Positions 37,658-47,669 of a DNA stretch of 64,000 bases are shown here, piece after piece (the first letter of the stretch is position 1; the number at the start of each line of letters is the position of its first letter). Made by a program: the position numbers and the translations under genes. The stretch is from Deferribacterales bacterium. Its GTDB lineage: Bacteria; Chrysiogenota; Deferribacteres; Deferribacterales; Geovibrionaceae. The notes beneath the pieces were generated by a model. That model had not been told where the DNA came from, did no database searches, and saw only the letters and a program-made list of their open reading frames with translations. The stretch lies in assembly GCA_050251875.1 (NCBI GenBank), contig JBFWMA010000004.1, positions 64,001 through 128,000 on the forward strand, given 5' to 3'.

Positions 37658-40435
37658 ATGAAAAATATTGACCATTTAATAATAAATTCGCCTTATGTAG
37701 AACCTCAAAGGCACTGGAAATATGACCGAGAAAGACGTGAGTTTGAGCTTGCTGATGGAAGACGTGAGGCAGGCTATATTGTTGCAACACCTGGCTCTCA
37801 GTCTTTTGATGACCCAGGAATCTTTTACCCTATTGAGCTGGTAAACAAAATTCGCCCAAGAATAGCAAAGTGGAAAGCTGATGGTTACCCTAATGCAACA
37901 GGCGTAACACGAAAGCTACTTGAGCACTGGGATGACAAAGAAACAAGACGCTTCCCTTTTTTTTATTGCCAGAAAGAGGCCATAGAAACGCTTATTTGGC
38001 TTTCTGAAGCACCCCTAGCAGACAAGCAAGGAATTGATGTCCCAAGTGATGGCGGTGAGTTTACACGCTATTGCAGCAAACTTGCCACAGGCTCTGGAAA
38101 AACAGTCGTCATGGCAATGTTGATTGCATGGCATGTACTCAACAAGACCAGTTACCCTACAAATCCAAAATATGCAAAAGATGTGTTTGTTGTGGCTCCA
38201 GGGCTGACTGTTAAACAGCGACTTCAGGTGTTAAACCCTACAGACCCGAATAACTTCTATGATGCTTTTGGTATTGTCCCAGCTACATTAAAACACAAGA
38301 TGTACCAAGCTCGTGTGAAAATAGAAAACTGGCACACTCTTAATTGGGAATCAGAAGAACAGGTTCAGAAGAAGAAATCAGTAGATAAACGGGGAGCAAA
38401 AAGTGATGAGGCATATGTACGTGATGTACTCGGCGAAATGGCAAATGCCTCTAACATTCTTGTCATAAATGATGAGGCACACCACGCCTGGAGAGTCCCG
38501 GCAGAATCTAAAGTAAAAGACTATTCAAAAGAAGAACTTGATGCAACAAAATGGGTTGGCGGACTAGACAGAATTAATAATGCAAGAGGCATTTTGACAT
38601 GCTACGACTTTTCTGCAACTCCGTTTGCACCTAGTGGAAAAAGAAGCTCTGAAGAAGCTCTTTTTTCATGGATTGTAAGTGATTTTGGTTTAAATGATGC
38701 AATTGAATCAGGACTTGTGAAAACTCCTCGTGTTGTTGTCAGAGATGACGCAAGACCAGATGCTCATGACTATAAATCCCGTTTCTTTCACATCTACAAA
38801 GATGATGAAGTTCATAACGATTTAAATAGAAACGCCAATCCTGAAGAACCATTACCCCAGTTGGTTTCAACTGCATATTATTTTCTTGGTTATGACTGGA
38901 AAAGAACTCTTGATGCTTGGAAAGAATCAGGGATGGAAGTTCCTCCGGTTATGATTACTGTTGCAAACAGAACAGAAACAGCAGCTCGTGTAAAACACAT
39001 GTTTGACACTGGCGTTATTGACATTGAAGAGCTTTCAAAACCTGAGAAAACTCTACACATTGACTCAAAAGTTCTAAAAGAGGCTGAAACGAACGCAGAC
39101 AATGTAGATGTAAACTTTTACGAAATCGAAGATTTGGAAGAAGTAAAGCTTACAAAAAAAGAAGCAGCGGAGCTTCTAAGGCAGCAAGTAGACACAGTGG
39201 GCAAGGCAGGTCAGCCTGGAGAACAGGTGCAAAATGTTATTTCTGTAGGGATGCTGTCCGAGGGCTGGGATGCAAATACTGTAACTCATATTATGGGACT
39301 TAGAGCTTTCTCTAGTCAGCTATTATGCGAGCAGGTTGTTGGCCGTGGGCTCAGAAGGGTTTCATATGATGTTGGAGAAAATGGCTTACTGCAACCAGAA
39401 TATGTGAATATTTTTGGAGTTCCATTTTCTTTCTTGCCACATGAAGGTGGAGAAGGAACAGAAGTACCGCCGCCACCGCCTTCTACTAAAATTGAGCCTG
39501 CAAGGGATAAGCAGGAATATGAAATCAAATGGCCAAATATTGTACGCTTTGATACTGTTTACAAACCAAAACTTGTGGTTGATTATGCTTCAGTACCTAC
39601 TCTTGAACTGAGTGCATTTGAAACACCAACTACCGCTGACCTTTCACCAGCCATTGCGGGAAAACCAGTAGAGGAGATTATTTCAAATATAGACTTAAGG
39701 GAGCATATTAAAGATTTGCGTATGCAAAGAGTGCTTTTTAAAACTAGTGCAAACTTATTTAACCAAATAAAGCCCAACTGGAAAGGAAGAGCTGACATAT
39801 TGCTAGCACAGCTAATAAAAATTGTAGAAGACTTTATTGCACTTAATGTTATTAGGATTAATCCACCCACAATTGAGGCAGGCCATGAAAGTAAAAAGCT
39901 TTTTCTCATTCTGCACATGCAATCAATTGTGCAGCATATAATGGATTGCATTAGACAAACTAATGTGGAGAGTCGTGTCCCTGTATTTCATATAGACAAA
40001 CCTATTCGCTCAACGTCAGAAATGCCTACTTGGTATACTCTTAGGCCATGTGGAAACGGCAGAAAGTCACATATAAACTACACAGTGTATGACAGTACAT
40101 GGGAAGCACACGAAGGCTACCAACTCGACCAGCATGACAATGTTCAATCATGGGTAAAGAATGACCGCCTTGGTTTTGACATTCTATATTCATTTAAAGG
40201 AGTTGTTCATAAGTATAGGCCTGACTTTCTTATTCGGTTCAAAAATGGAGACATGCTAATTTTAGAAACGAAAGGCAAAGACAGCCAGCAGAATCAATCA
40301 AAAAGAGCATCAGCCAAAGAGTGGGCAGAAGCAGTGACCAATCATGGTGGATTTGGAAATTGGTTTCATGATGTTTCTTTTCACCCAGATGACTTACAAG
40401 GTATACTTGAAAAATATTCTAAAGCTTCATCATAA
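37658..40435 (+). CDS. res: Type III-like restriction helicase-nuclease (Res)
   Basis: ATGSGKT, DEAHH, SAT, EGWD, QVVGRGLR; C-terminal PD...ETK nuclease motif. Confidence 0.88.
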   Translation: MKNIDHLIINSPYVEPQRHWKYDRERREFELADGRREAGYIVATPGSQSFDDPGIFYPIELVNKIRPRIAKWKADGYPNATGVTRKLLEHWDDKETRRFPFFYCQKEAIETLIWLSEAPLADKQGIDVPSDGGEFTRYCSKLATGSGKTVVMAMLIAWHVLNKTSYPTNPKYAKDVFVVAPGLTVKQRLQVLNPTDPNNFYDAFGIVPATLKHKMYQARVKIENWHTLNWESEEQVQKKKSVDKRGAKSDEAYVRDVLGEMANASNILVINDEAHHAWRVPAESKVKDYSKEELDATKWVGGLDRINNARGILTCYDFSATPFAPSGKRSSEEALFSWIVSDFGLNDAIESGLVKTPRVVVRDDARPDAHDYKSRFFHIYKDDEVHNDLNRNANPEEPLPQLVSTAYYFLGYDWKRTLDAWKESGMEVPPVMITVANRTETAARVKHMFDTGVIDIEELSKPEKTLHIDSKVLKEAETNADNVDVNFYEIEDLEEVKLTKKEAAELLRQQVDTVGKAGQPGEQVQNVISVGMLSEGWDANTVTHIMGLRAFSSQLLCEQVVGRGLRRVSYDVGENGLLQPEYVNIFGVPFSFLPHEGGEGTEVPPPPPSTKIEPARDKQEYEIKWPNIVRFDTVYKPKLVVDYASVPTLELSAFETPTTADLSPAIAGKPVEEIISNIDLREHIKDLRMQRVLFKTSANLFNQIKPNWKGRADILLAQLIKIVEDFIALNVIRINPPTIEAGHESKKLFLILHMQSIVQHIMDCIRQTNVESRVPVFHIDKPIRSTSEMPTWYTLRPCGNGRKSHINYTVYDSTWEAHEGYQLDQHDNVQSWVKNDRLGFDILYSFKGVVHKYRPDFLIRFKNGDMLILETKGKDSQQNQSKRASAKEWAEAVTNHGGFGNWFHDVSFHPDDLQGILEKYSKASS

Positions 40436-40439
40436 ATGC

Positions 40440-40470
40440 AAAAGCCGCCTCATTTCTGGGCGGCTTTTTT
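40440..40470 (+). terminator. Intrinsic terminator
   Basis: AAAAGCCGCC / GGCGGCTTTTTT. Confidence 0.8.
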
Positions 40471-40502
40471 CTTGCAAACTTCTTTTATTCAGCATCAGAA
40501 AA

Positions 40503-40543
40503 CAGTGACATAAAAATAATTTTAGTGGCGTTTTGGTGACACG
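40503..40543 (+). repeat. Arm-type integrase sites, island A right end
   Basis: CAGTGACA 40503, TAGTGGCG 40523, TGGTGACA 40534; 19/21 match to 26938-26958. Confidence 0.75.
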
Positions 40544-40590
40544 CTAATTTTCATACACCATAACTTATTGCTAAATAATAAGTTTAAAAA

Positions 40591-40651
40591 TGGAGGCGGC
40601 GGGAATCGAACCCACGTCCGAAGAACTTACAGCCAAAGGCGCTACATGCTT
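40591..40651 (-). repeat. att junction between islands A and B: 61-bp ssrA 3' fragment
   Basis: 57/61 identical to 56098-56158. Confidence 0.92.
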
Positions 40652-40702
40652 GTCGTGCTGTGGCAAGCCAATTCGCCTAAACATCAATGATTTGCAGGTG
40701 TC

Positions 40703-40780
40703 TTGCGACACCCGCATTCCCAGATGAAAATTGGGTTTTTAGTGCTAATTTGAGCAGTATTGCGACAATTTTGCGACAAT
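40703..40780 (+). repeat. Arm-type integrase sites, island B left end
   Basis: TTGCGACA 40703; TTGCGACAAT 40760 and 40771. Confidence 0.75.
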
Positions 40781-40795
40781 AATTCGGGGTGAATT

Positions 40796-42001
40796 ATGGT
40801 ACGCAAAAAGCCTGTTGGATTAAGGATTAGAGGCTGCAAAATATGGGTTACTTTTCAGTACAAAGGAGCTCGTTTTGAAGAGTCGACTGGGATGCCTGAC
40901 ACCAAGGAGAATCTAAAAACAGCGTCGCTGTTGCTTGAAAAAATCAAATCAGAAATCAGCTTAGATGAAATCAACGACACAAATAACTTTAAATTCCTAG
41001 AATATTTCCCAAAATCTACAAGATTTAAGAAACTATTCCCAGAACATATTCATTATGACAAATCAATTACATTGAAGGCGTATTCAGAAATCTGGATGAA
41101 GCGTATTGCTAGCAGGCATGATGCAGGTGAGCTTAAATTTAGCACCTACAAATCCTACATAACAGGCTGTCAGAAGCTGAAAACTGCGAAGTTTTATAAC
41201 CTGCCACTCGTTGAGATTAATAAAATACAGCTTAAAGAGTTTGTCACGCATCTTTCAAAGAGAATGACAGGCAAATCTGTTGCAAACCAGCTAACACCTC
41301 TCAGGCAGATTTTTGAAGAGGCTTTTGACGAAGACATCATTGAAGTTAACCACATGAGCAGAGTTAAAAATCCCTCGATTGAAAAGCCTGAGCCAATACC
41401 GTTTACAAAAAATGAAGTAAAGATGATTCTGGATTACTTTGCAAAGAATTACCCAGCTCAACATCCTTATGTTTCGGTGCTGTTTTACACTGGGATGCGT
41501 GTCGGTGAAGTATTGGCTATGAAGTGGGAAAACTTTGATTTTAATAGATGGACATACCACGTCAAGGAAACACGCACAGAGGGCAGGCTAACGAAGCCTA
41601 AAACTAAGACAAGCATAAGAAGGGTGCAGATTGTCAAACCTTTACAGAAAATTATTCAAGCCCAGAGGACGGTGACTATGATGAAGAGTGAGTTTATTTT
41701 TCTAACAGGTGAAGGTGAACCATACCACAAGGCAAAATACATCATAGACAAGTGCTGGCGACCCGCTATGAAGATTTTAGGGATTGAGTATAGGGACATG
41801 TACCAGTTTAGACATACGCACGCCATACAGTCTCTCATCGCCGGAGACAACCCGCATGATGTTTCAAAGCGTCTGGGACATAGCAGCTTGCAGGTGACGT
41901 TTACAAAATACGCAAAATTTCTCCCAGAAGAAACAAAGCCGTCAATGCTGGGGAATATATTTGGAGAGAGCGAAACTTCTTCTTTAAAATTAAATAAATA
42001 G
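40796..42001 (+). CDS. int: Tyrosine recombinase/integrase (island B), paralogue of island A Int
   Basis: TGMRVGE, KPKT, QFRHT, RLGH, catalytic Y; GMPDTKENLK vs GLPATKENLK. Confidence 0.93.
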   Translation: MVRKKPVGLRIRGCKIWVTFQYKGARFEESTGMPDTKENLKTASLLLEKIKSEISLDEINDTNNFKFLEYFPKSTRFKKLFPEHIHYDKSITLKAYSEIWMKRIASRHDAGELKFSTYKSYITGCQKLKTAKFYNLPLVEINKIQLKEFVTHLSKRMTGKSVANQLTPLRQIFEEAFDEDIIEVNHMSRVKNPSIEKPEPIPFTKNEVKMILDYFAKNYPAQHPYVSVLFYTGMRVGEVLAMKWENFDFNRWTYHVKETRTEGRLTKPKTKTSIRRVQIVKPLQKIIQAQRTVTMMKSEFIFLTGEGEPYHKAKYIIDKCWRPAMKILGIEYRDMYQFRHTHAIQSLIAGDNPHDVSKRLGHSSLQVTFTKYAKFLPEETKPSMLGNIFGESETSSLKLNK

Positions 42002-42111
42002 AACTTTCAGCAAGCATTGAAATGCGGCTTGCAAACCTAAAAAATTGTAATTAGATTATACCACCTGCTCCTTATAGGGTTGAGCATGGATTTGTCTATG
42101 ACGGGTGTGTT

Positions 42112-43530
42112 ATGATTCATGATTACAGTGCAATAGAGCTGGCTGAAGTTGCAAGAATGGCTGAAAAGTTTCACTTTTTGAATCCAGATTTTGTTTCCAG
42201 TATAGACGTTGAATCCGATGAGGTGCTCGCACGGAGAGACATTATATTTTTTGATTCTCGTGAGTATGTCAGTTTTTCTAAGGCAAAGCAGATTCTCGTG
42301 GACTATTTTCCTGATTTAGCGAAAGGCTGCAAAAATAAAGTCAGACAGTTTAGTGTTCTATTGGCTAACTTGAAGGAAGCAGACTCAAGGAAAGTCCATC
42401 TCGTAATCGGATTCAGACCTGATGATTACTCTAAAACAGGTGAATATGCAGATTTAGGGTACAAATGCTTTGTAGCGATGCGTAATGAGCTTGAAAAGAG
42501 CGGGATGATTGAAGTTATAAAGGGTCGTTACAATAAAAAGAGTGGAAAAGGTTACAGGAGCAAAATTAAGGTTCTGGAGCCATTGTCAAATATTCTAAAA
42601 ACAATCGAACACGGAGAGATTAAAAAGAAATTAGTAGTTGATGAAGACCTTGTCATGCTTAAAGACAGGAAAGAGGAAAAATCAAAAACTAAAGTCAGGG
42701 TGGAAATTTCTACCGAAGGAATACATAAGGATTATAAAGGCTATATAAGCGATTCTAAGCAAAGTTTGCGTTTATATAATGATTTCATAGTCAAGAATAG
42801 CTTTTGCTGTCCTGTGGGCAAATCTGGGCTTCTTGCAGCAGTGGATGCCTCAAGGTTTCAGCTGTATAGAGTCTATAGCAACGGTAGCTTTGAACAAGGT
42901 GGCAGATTATATGGTGCATACCACCAGCTCATTTCAGAAAAACAAAGAAGTCAGATGACTATAAACGGAAAAGCTGCATGCGAGCTGGACTTTAAAGCGT
43001 GCATGATTAGGATGATGTACCACAAGAAAGGCATAGATTACCCAGAAGGGAAAGACCCATACACAGACATCCTAGAGGTTGCAAAAATCTCTGAATGGAA
43101 GTTAGCAACGAATAAAGAGCTCTATAGGGAGCTTTTAAAGCCAATAATCATTACCATTACGAACTGTGTGTCAGAATCTAGTTTTAGAAAGGCACTTCGT
43201 ATTGTTTTGAAATATGTCAAAAAAGCTGAGTATGAGGCAGGTGAACTTGTATATAACCTCTCAGACAATTTTGAAGAACGCATTACGGCGGGTATTTTGA
43301 CAGTTCATAGTGCTATTAGCGATTATTTCTATAAGAAATCTGCTTTGTATTTTCAGCGTTACGACTCTGACATTGCCCTTGATGTCATAAGCCAGCTGGC
43401 AAAGAAAGGCGTCCCTGTTTTACCTATACATGACAGCTTTGTCACAACAGTTGACAACAAAGAGCTCCTGCGTTCCACGATGATTCAAGCATATTATAAT
43501 GCGTTAGGTTTTAACCCAGTAATTCATTAG
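42112..43530 (+). CDS. Minimal family-A DNA polymerase / T7-type RNA polymerase-like protein
   Basis: GGRLY; ELDFKA (motif A); RELLK (motif B-like); QRYDSDI; PIHDSF (motif C). Confidence 0.65.
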   Translation: MIHDYSAIELAEVARMAEKFHFLNPDFVSSIDVESDEVLARRDIIFFDSREYVSFSKAKQILVDYFPDLAKGCKNKVRQFSVLLANLKEADSRKVHLVIGFRPDDYSKTGEYADLGYKCFVAMRNELEKSGMIEVIKGRYNKKSGKGYRSKIKVLEPLSNILKTIEHGEIKKKLVVDEDLVMLKDRKEEKSKTKVRVEISTEGIHKDYKGYISDSKQSLRLYNDFIVKNSFCCPVGKSGLLAAVDASRFQLYRVYSNGSFEQGGRLYGAYHQLISEKQRSQMTINGKAACELDFKACMIRMMYHKKGIDYPEGKDPYTDILEVAKISEWKLATNKELYRELLKPIIITITNCVSESSFRKALRIVLKYVKKAEYEAGELVYNLSDNFEERITAGILTVHSAISDYFYKKSALYFQRYDSDIALDVISQLAKKGVPVLPIHDSFVTTVDNKELLRSTMIQAYYNALGFNPVIH

Positions 43531-43736
43531 GCTTAACTCACTAATAATAAAGTCTTATATTGAAAAAGCATACCATTATAGAATAACAAGACGTTTTTCT
43601 TTTTTTTCGGAGGCGTGATTAAAAAAAACTTGAAAAACCAGATTGAAGCATAAATAGCTGATGCAATTGAATAATTTGTTACTTATTTGAACCCTTTCGA
43701 CTATAATACAATATAGCTATAATAAAGGAGGAAAAT

Positions 43737-44060
43737 ATGAGCAGGTTAAGTGAAACTGAAATCTCTAAGAGAAAGGAATTTGGGGAATGGCTAAAGCTGG
43801 TGAGGAAGGTCAAGATGATTTCACAGGGAGATGTGGCTCGTGAGATTGGGGCGAACACAGCAAACTTCATCTCTAAGATTGAACGAGGAGAGTCAAAAGT
43901 CCCAGTGGAGAGAATAGAGGAGCTGGCGAGAGGCTACCGCATAGAAGAGATTGTTTTTGCCGAGGCTGTGTTCAGAAACTTCATGCCGGAGATTTGGAGA
44001 TGGGTTGAGCGGTTTGCAAAAGAGTCAGACCTCCAAGAAAGGATGAGCAGTAAATCATAG
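43737..44060 (+). CDS. XRE-family HTH regulator
   Basis: FGEWLKLVR...SQGDVAREIG...FISKIERGES. Confidence 0.88.
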   Translation: MSRLSETEISKRKEFGEWLKLVRKVKMISQGDVAREIGANTANFISKIERGESKVPVERIEELARGYRIEEIVFAEAVFRNFMPEIWRWVERFAKESDLQERMSSKS

Positions 44061-44085
44061 GAGCGTGTAACAACGCTCCTTTTTT
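44059..44085 (+). terminator. Intrinsic terminator
   Basis: AGGAGCGT / ACGCTCCT followed by a T-tract. Confidence 0.75.
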
Positions 44086-44591
44086 GCAGGTTACCAAAAG
44101 TATATAATTAGTAGTACAGAAAGTTGCTAATTTGAAGCACTCGAAATGCAGTAACTTATTAATGAATCGAGAAATCAACAAGTAGACACTCCTGAGCCGC
44201 CTTAAAAAGTGTTAACCTCTAAAAATTAGCATAAATCCAGCCTTAATGGGTTGACAAATGTTAACAAAGGTTGTCCGGAGAATTTACAAATATGGTCAAC
44301 TGAAATGCACTAACTATTTGAGAATTAAGTATTTTAAAAACAGGCACACTCGCTAACTCAGAAAGTCGGTCACCCCATGAAGACAAACACTTCTGTCATA
44401 TTTTTTATGTCAATCTAACATCATTTTGCCTCTACGATTGGAAAAAATGCTAAAAATGAATTAAAAGCGTCTCCAAACCTCACAGCAACTGATGAAAGTT
44501 TGGAAACCAACAGTCATTAATATTTTCAATCAGTCAAAGTTGTGCTTTAATGTGTGGAGTGAGAAGTTTAACTAATACCAGGTGATTATAA

Positions 44592-46136
44592 ATGGCTAAG
44601 CAAAACGGAAGTGCGAACATCGGTTTCGAGGACAAGCTCTGGCAGGCGGCGGACAAGCTCCGTGGCAATATGGACGCATCAGAATATAAACATGTTGTCT
44701 TGGGGCTGATTTTCCTTAAATACATCTCAGATTCTTTTCAAACAAAATATAACGAGCTTCTGGCGACTCAGGAGACAGAATATACAGACCCAGAAGACCG
44801 TGACGAATACATGAGCGACAACGTGTTTTGGGTGCCCACAGAGGCACGCTGGGACAACCTAATAGCAAAGGCAAAGACTCCTGAGATTGGCAAAATTCTT
44901 GACGATGCCATGATTGCCATAGAGAAAGAGAACAAGACGCTCAAAAATATTCTTCCTAAGACATACGCACGCCCAGAGATTGACAAATCCCGTTTAGGCG
45001 AGCTTTTAGACATCATCGGTTCTATTCCCCTTATAGACAAAACTCAAACGTCTAAAGACCTTCTGGGGCGTGTATACGAGTATTTTCTCGGGCAGTTTGC
45101 ATCAAAAGAGGGACGCTCTGGAGGAGAGTTCTATACCCCAGAGTGCGTGGTGAAACTCCTCGTTGCCATGATTGAGCCATACAAGGGCAGAGTATATGAC
45201 CCCTGCTGTGGTTCTGGCGGTATGTTTGTTCAGTCGGAAAAGTTCGCAGAGGAACACGGCGGCAGACTGCGTGACATCTCAGTCTATGGTCAGGAATATA
45301 ACGCTACCACATGGCGACTGGCAAAGATGAACCTTGCTATTCGAGGCATAGAGGCTAACCTCGGCGGAGAATGGGCAGACACATTCACAAACGACCTGCA
45401 CAAAGACCTTAAATCAGACTTCATTCTGGCAAACCCACCGTTTAATATGAGCGACTGGGGCGGAAACAAGCTGAAAAGCGATTTAAGGTGGAAGTACGGC
45501 ACACCTCCTGAAAATAACGCAAACTACGCATGGATTCAGCACTTCATACACCACCTCGCACCTAACGGCGTGGCAGGTTTTGTCCTTGCCAATGGCTCAA
45601 TGAGCAGTAACACCAGCGGTGAAGGTGACATAAGAAAAAACATCATAGAAGCAGACCTTGTAGATTGCATGATTGCTCTGCCAGGTCAGCTTTTTTATAC
45701 AACCCAGATTCCCGTATGTCTCTGGTTTCTCGCCCGCAACAAAGGGAAAAACGGACACAGAGAGCGTAAAGGAGAAACACTCTTCATAGATGCACGCAAG
45801 ATGGGCAGGCTGGAAGACAGAGTCCATCGTGTTCTCGACCCAGAGGAAATAGAGAAAATCGCAGGAACATACCATGAATGGCGAAGCAACGAGAGCAAAT
45901 ACGAAGACGTTGCAGGCTTCTGCAAAGCTGTAACTCTGGACACCATAAAAGAGCATGACTATGTGCTCACTCCAGGGCGTTATGTCGGTGCAGAAGAGGT
46001 TGAGGACGACGGCGAACCCTTTGACGAAAAGATGAAACGCCTCAGCACTCAGCTGTATGCACAGATGGCAGAAGGCGAAAAACTGGACAAAATAATTAAA
46101 GAAAACTTGGCGAGGCTAGGTTATGGACAAAATTAG
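44592..46136 (+). CDS. hsdM: Type I R-M methyltransferase subunit
   Basis: [30 protein letters not shown]. Confidence 0.95.
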   Translation: MAKQNGSANIGFEDKLWQAADKLRGNMDASEYKHVVLGLIFLKYISDSFQTKYNELLATQETEYTDPEDRDEYMSDNVFWVPTEARWDNLIAKAKTPEIGKILDDAMIAIEKENKTLKNILPKTYARPEIDKSRLGELLDIIGSIPLIDKTQTSKDLLGRVYEYFLGQFASKEGRSGGEFYTPECVVKLLVAMIEPYKGRVYDPCCGSGGMFVQSEKFAEEHGGRLRDISVYGQEYNATTWRLAKMNLAIRGIEANLGGEWADTFTNDLHKDLKSDFILANPPFNMSDWGGNKLKSDLRWKYGTPPENNANYAWIQHFIHHLAPNGVAGFVLANGSMSSNTSGEGDIRKNIIEADLVDCMIALPGQLFYTTQIPVCLWFLARNKGKNGHRERKGETLFIDARKMGRLEDRVHRVLDPEEIEKIAGTYHEWRSNESKYEDVAGFCKAVTLDTIKEHDYVLTPGRYVGAEEVEDDGEPFDEKMKRLSTQLYAQMAEGEKLDKIIKENLARLGYGQN

Positions 46137-46638
46137 AAAAGCAAAGAACATGTTTAAATACAGACTGACAGGTATTAGTTTCCCATTCGGTGGAATTTCT
46201 TGGGAAAAGAAAAAATCGGAACGCGACTACGTGAAAGAACTCTTGAGTTTTTTAGAAGACAGGAGAGTATTGTATGTTCCATGCGAAGCAGAAGTTCCAC
46301 GCTATGCCTATGAATCTGTTCAAGAAATCAGGAAGTTTTTGACTCAATATATGATTAATGTGGGAGAAAAATCATATATTTACCCTCATTTAAAAGCATT
46401 GCGTGCTGAATGTGTCAGAACCATTATTGCCCTCGAAAAAGATGGAGGCTGGATTATTTCAGGTAACGGTTTAGGCAACGCAATTCACTTGAATTCTGAG
46501 CTTGGGAGACTTCGAGGGATTTTTGGTGTTCAGTTAGCAATTTTGTGTAATGACTTGGATGTTGACATAAGCGAGAACTTAGTAACTATATTGCCTGCAA
46601 ATACAGAAAGTGAAGAGCTTGAGGGTACGGATGAGTAA
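46123..46638 (+). CDS. Hypothetical protein inserted in the hsd operon
   Basis: Overlaps the hsdM stop; [11 protein letters not shown]...FLEDRRVLY. Confidence 0.7.
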   Translation: MDKIRKAKNMFKYRLTGISFPFGGISWEKKKSERDYVKELLSFLEDRRVLYVPCEAEVPRYAYESVQEIRKFLTQYMINVGEKSYIYPHLKALRAECVRTIIALEKDGGWIISGNGLGNAIHLNSELGRLRGIFGVQLAILCNDLDVDISENLVTILPANTESEELEGTDE

Positions 46639-47668
46639 CCTTCCAATGAATAACCCAGAAATGCTTTTATACCCATCAGAAGATGGCAAGTTCAGGTTTC
46701 AAGTACAGCTTCATGATGGTTCCGTGTGGGTGACACAAAGGCATATTGCCGAACTTTATGAAAAAGATAAAAACACCATAAACGAGCATATAAACAATAT
46801 ATTTGCAGAGGGCGAATTAGTCCCAGAGGCAACTGTCCGGAAATTCCGGGTAGTTCAAACCGAGGGCAGACGGGAGGTTGAGCGTTTAATAGACCATTAC
46901 AACCTCGAAATGATTATAGCTGTCGGTTACCGTGTGCGGTCAAAACGTGGTACACAGTTTCGTCAGTGGGCGACAGAACGCCTGACTGAATATGTGGTGA
47001 AAGGCTTCACCATGGATGATGAGCGTCTGAAAGAGGGTAAAAACCTTGGACAGGACTATTTTGATGAACTGCTGGAACGCATACGGGACATTAGGGCATC
47101 CGAACGCAGGTTTTACCAGAAAATCACAGACATATACGCCCAGTGCAGTGTGGACTATGACCCACACGCAGAAGTCGCACAGGAGTTCTACGCCACAGTG
47201 CAAAATAAGCTCCATTGGGCAATACACGGACACACAGCAGCAGAGCTAATAGCCGAGCGTGCAGACGCAGACAAGCCAAACATGGGCTTGCAGACGTGGA
47301 AAAACGCACCGAAAGGCAAGGTTCGTAAAGGTGATGTTGCCACAGCCAAAAACTACCTTACAGAAGACGAGCTGAAAGAACTTAACAGAATAGTTGTGAT
47401 GTATTTGGACTATGCCGAACTGCAAGCCAGTAGGAGACAGACAACGACTATGGCGGAATGGTCTGCCAAACTGGACAGCTTTTTACAGTTTAACGAAATG
47501 GATGTGCTGAAAAATGCAGGCAGAGTCTCAACAGAGGTCGCAAAGACACTCGCCATCGCTGAGTTTGTAAAATATACCGAAAAGCAGAAAAAGCTGGAAG
47601 CAGAAACTCCCACCAGCGACTTTGACAAACTGGTTCAGCAAACAAAAAAGCTGGGAAAGGGTGAGTAG
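46631..47668 (+). CDS. rhuM: RhuM-family protein
   Basis: VGYRVRSKRGTQFRQWA, DYFDELLERIRDIRASE, VQNKLHWA, AKNYL. Confidence 0.88.
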   Translation: MSNLPMNNPEMLLYPSEDGKFRFQVQLHDGSVWVTQRHIAELYEKDKNTINEHINNIFAEGELVPEATVRKFRVVQTEGRREVERLIDHYNLEMIIAVGYRVRSKRGTQFRQWATERLTEYVVKGFTMDDERLKEGKNLGQDYFDELLERIRDIRASERRFYQKITDIYAQCSVDYDPHAEVAQEFYATVQNKLHWAIHGHTAAELIAERADADKPNMGLQTWKNAPKGKVRKGDVATAKNYLTEDELKELNRIVVMYLDYAELQASRRQTTTMAEWSAKLDSFLQFNEMDVLKNAGRVSTEVAKTLAIAEFVKYTEKQKKLEAETPTSDFDKLVQQTKKLGKGE

Positions 47669-47669
47669 T

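Larger units (their letters stand above)
26787..40610. mobile_element. Island A: ~13.8-kb tmRNA-integrated element, phage-satellite-like
   Basis: ssrA 3' repeats at both ends, integrase, arm repeats at both ends, excisionase, Rep-like and scaffold-like ORFs, lower GC. Confidence 0.88.
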
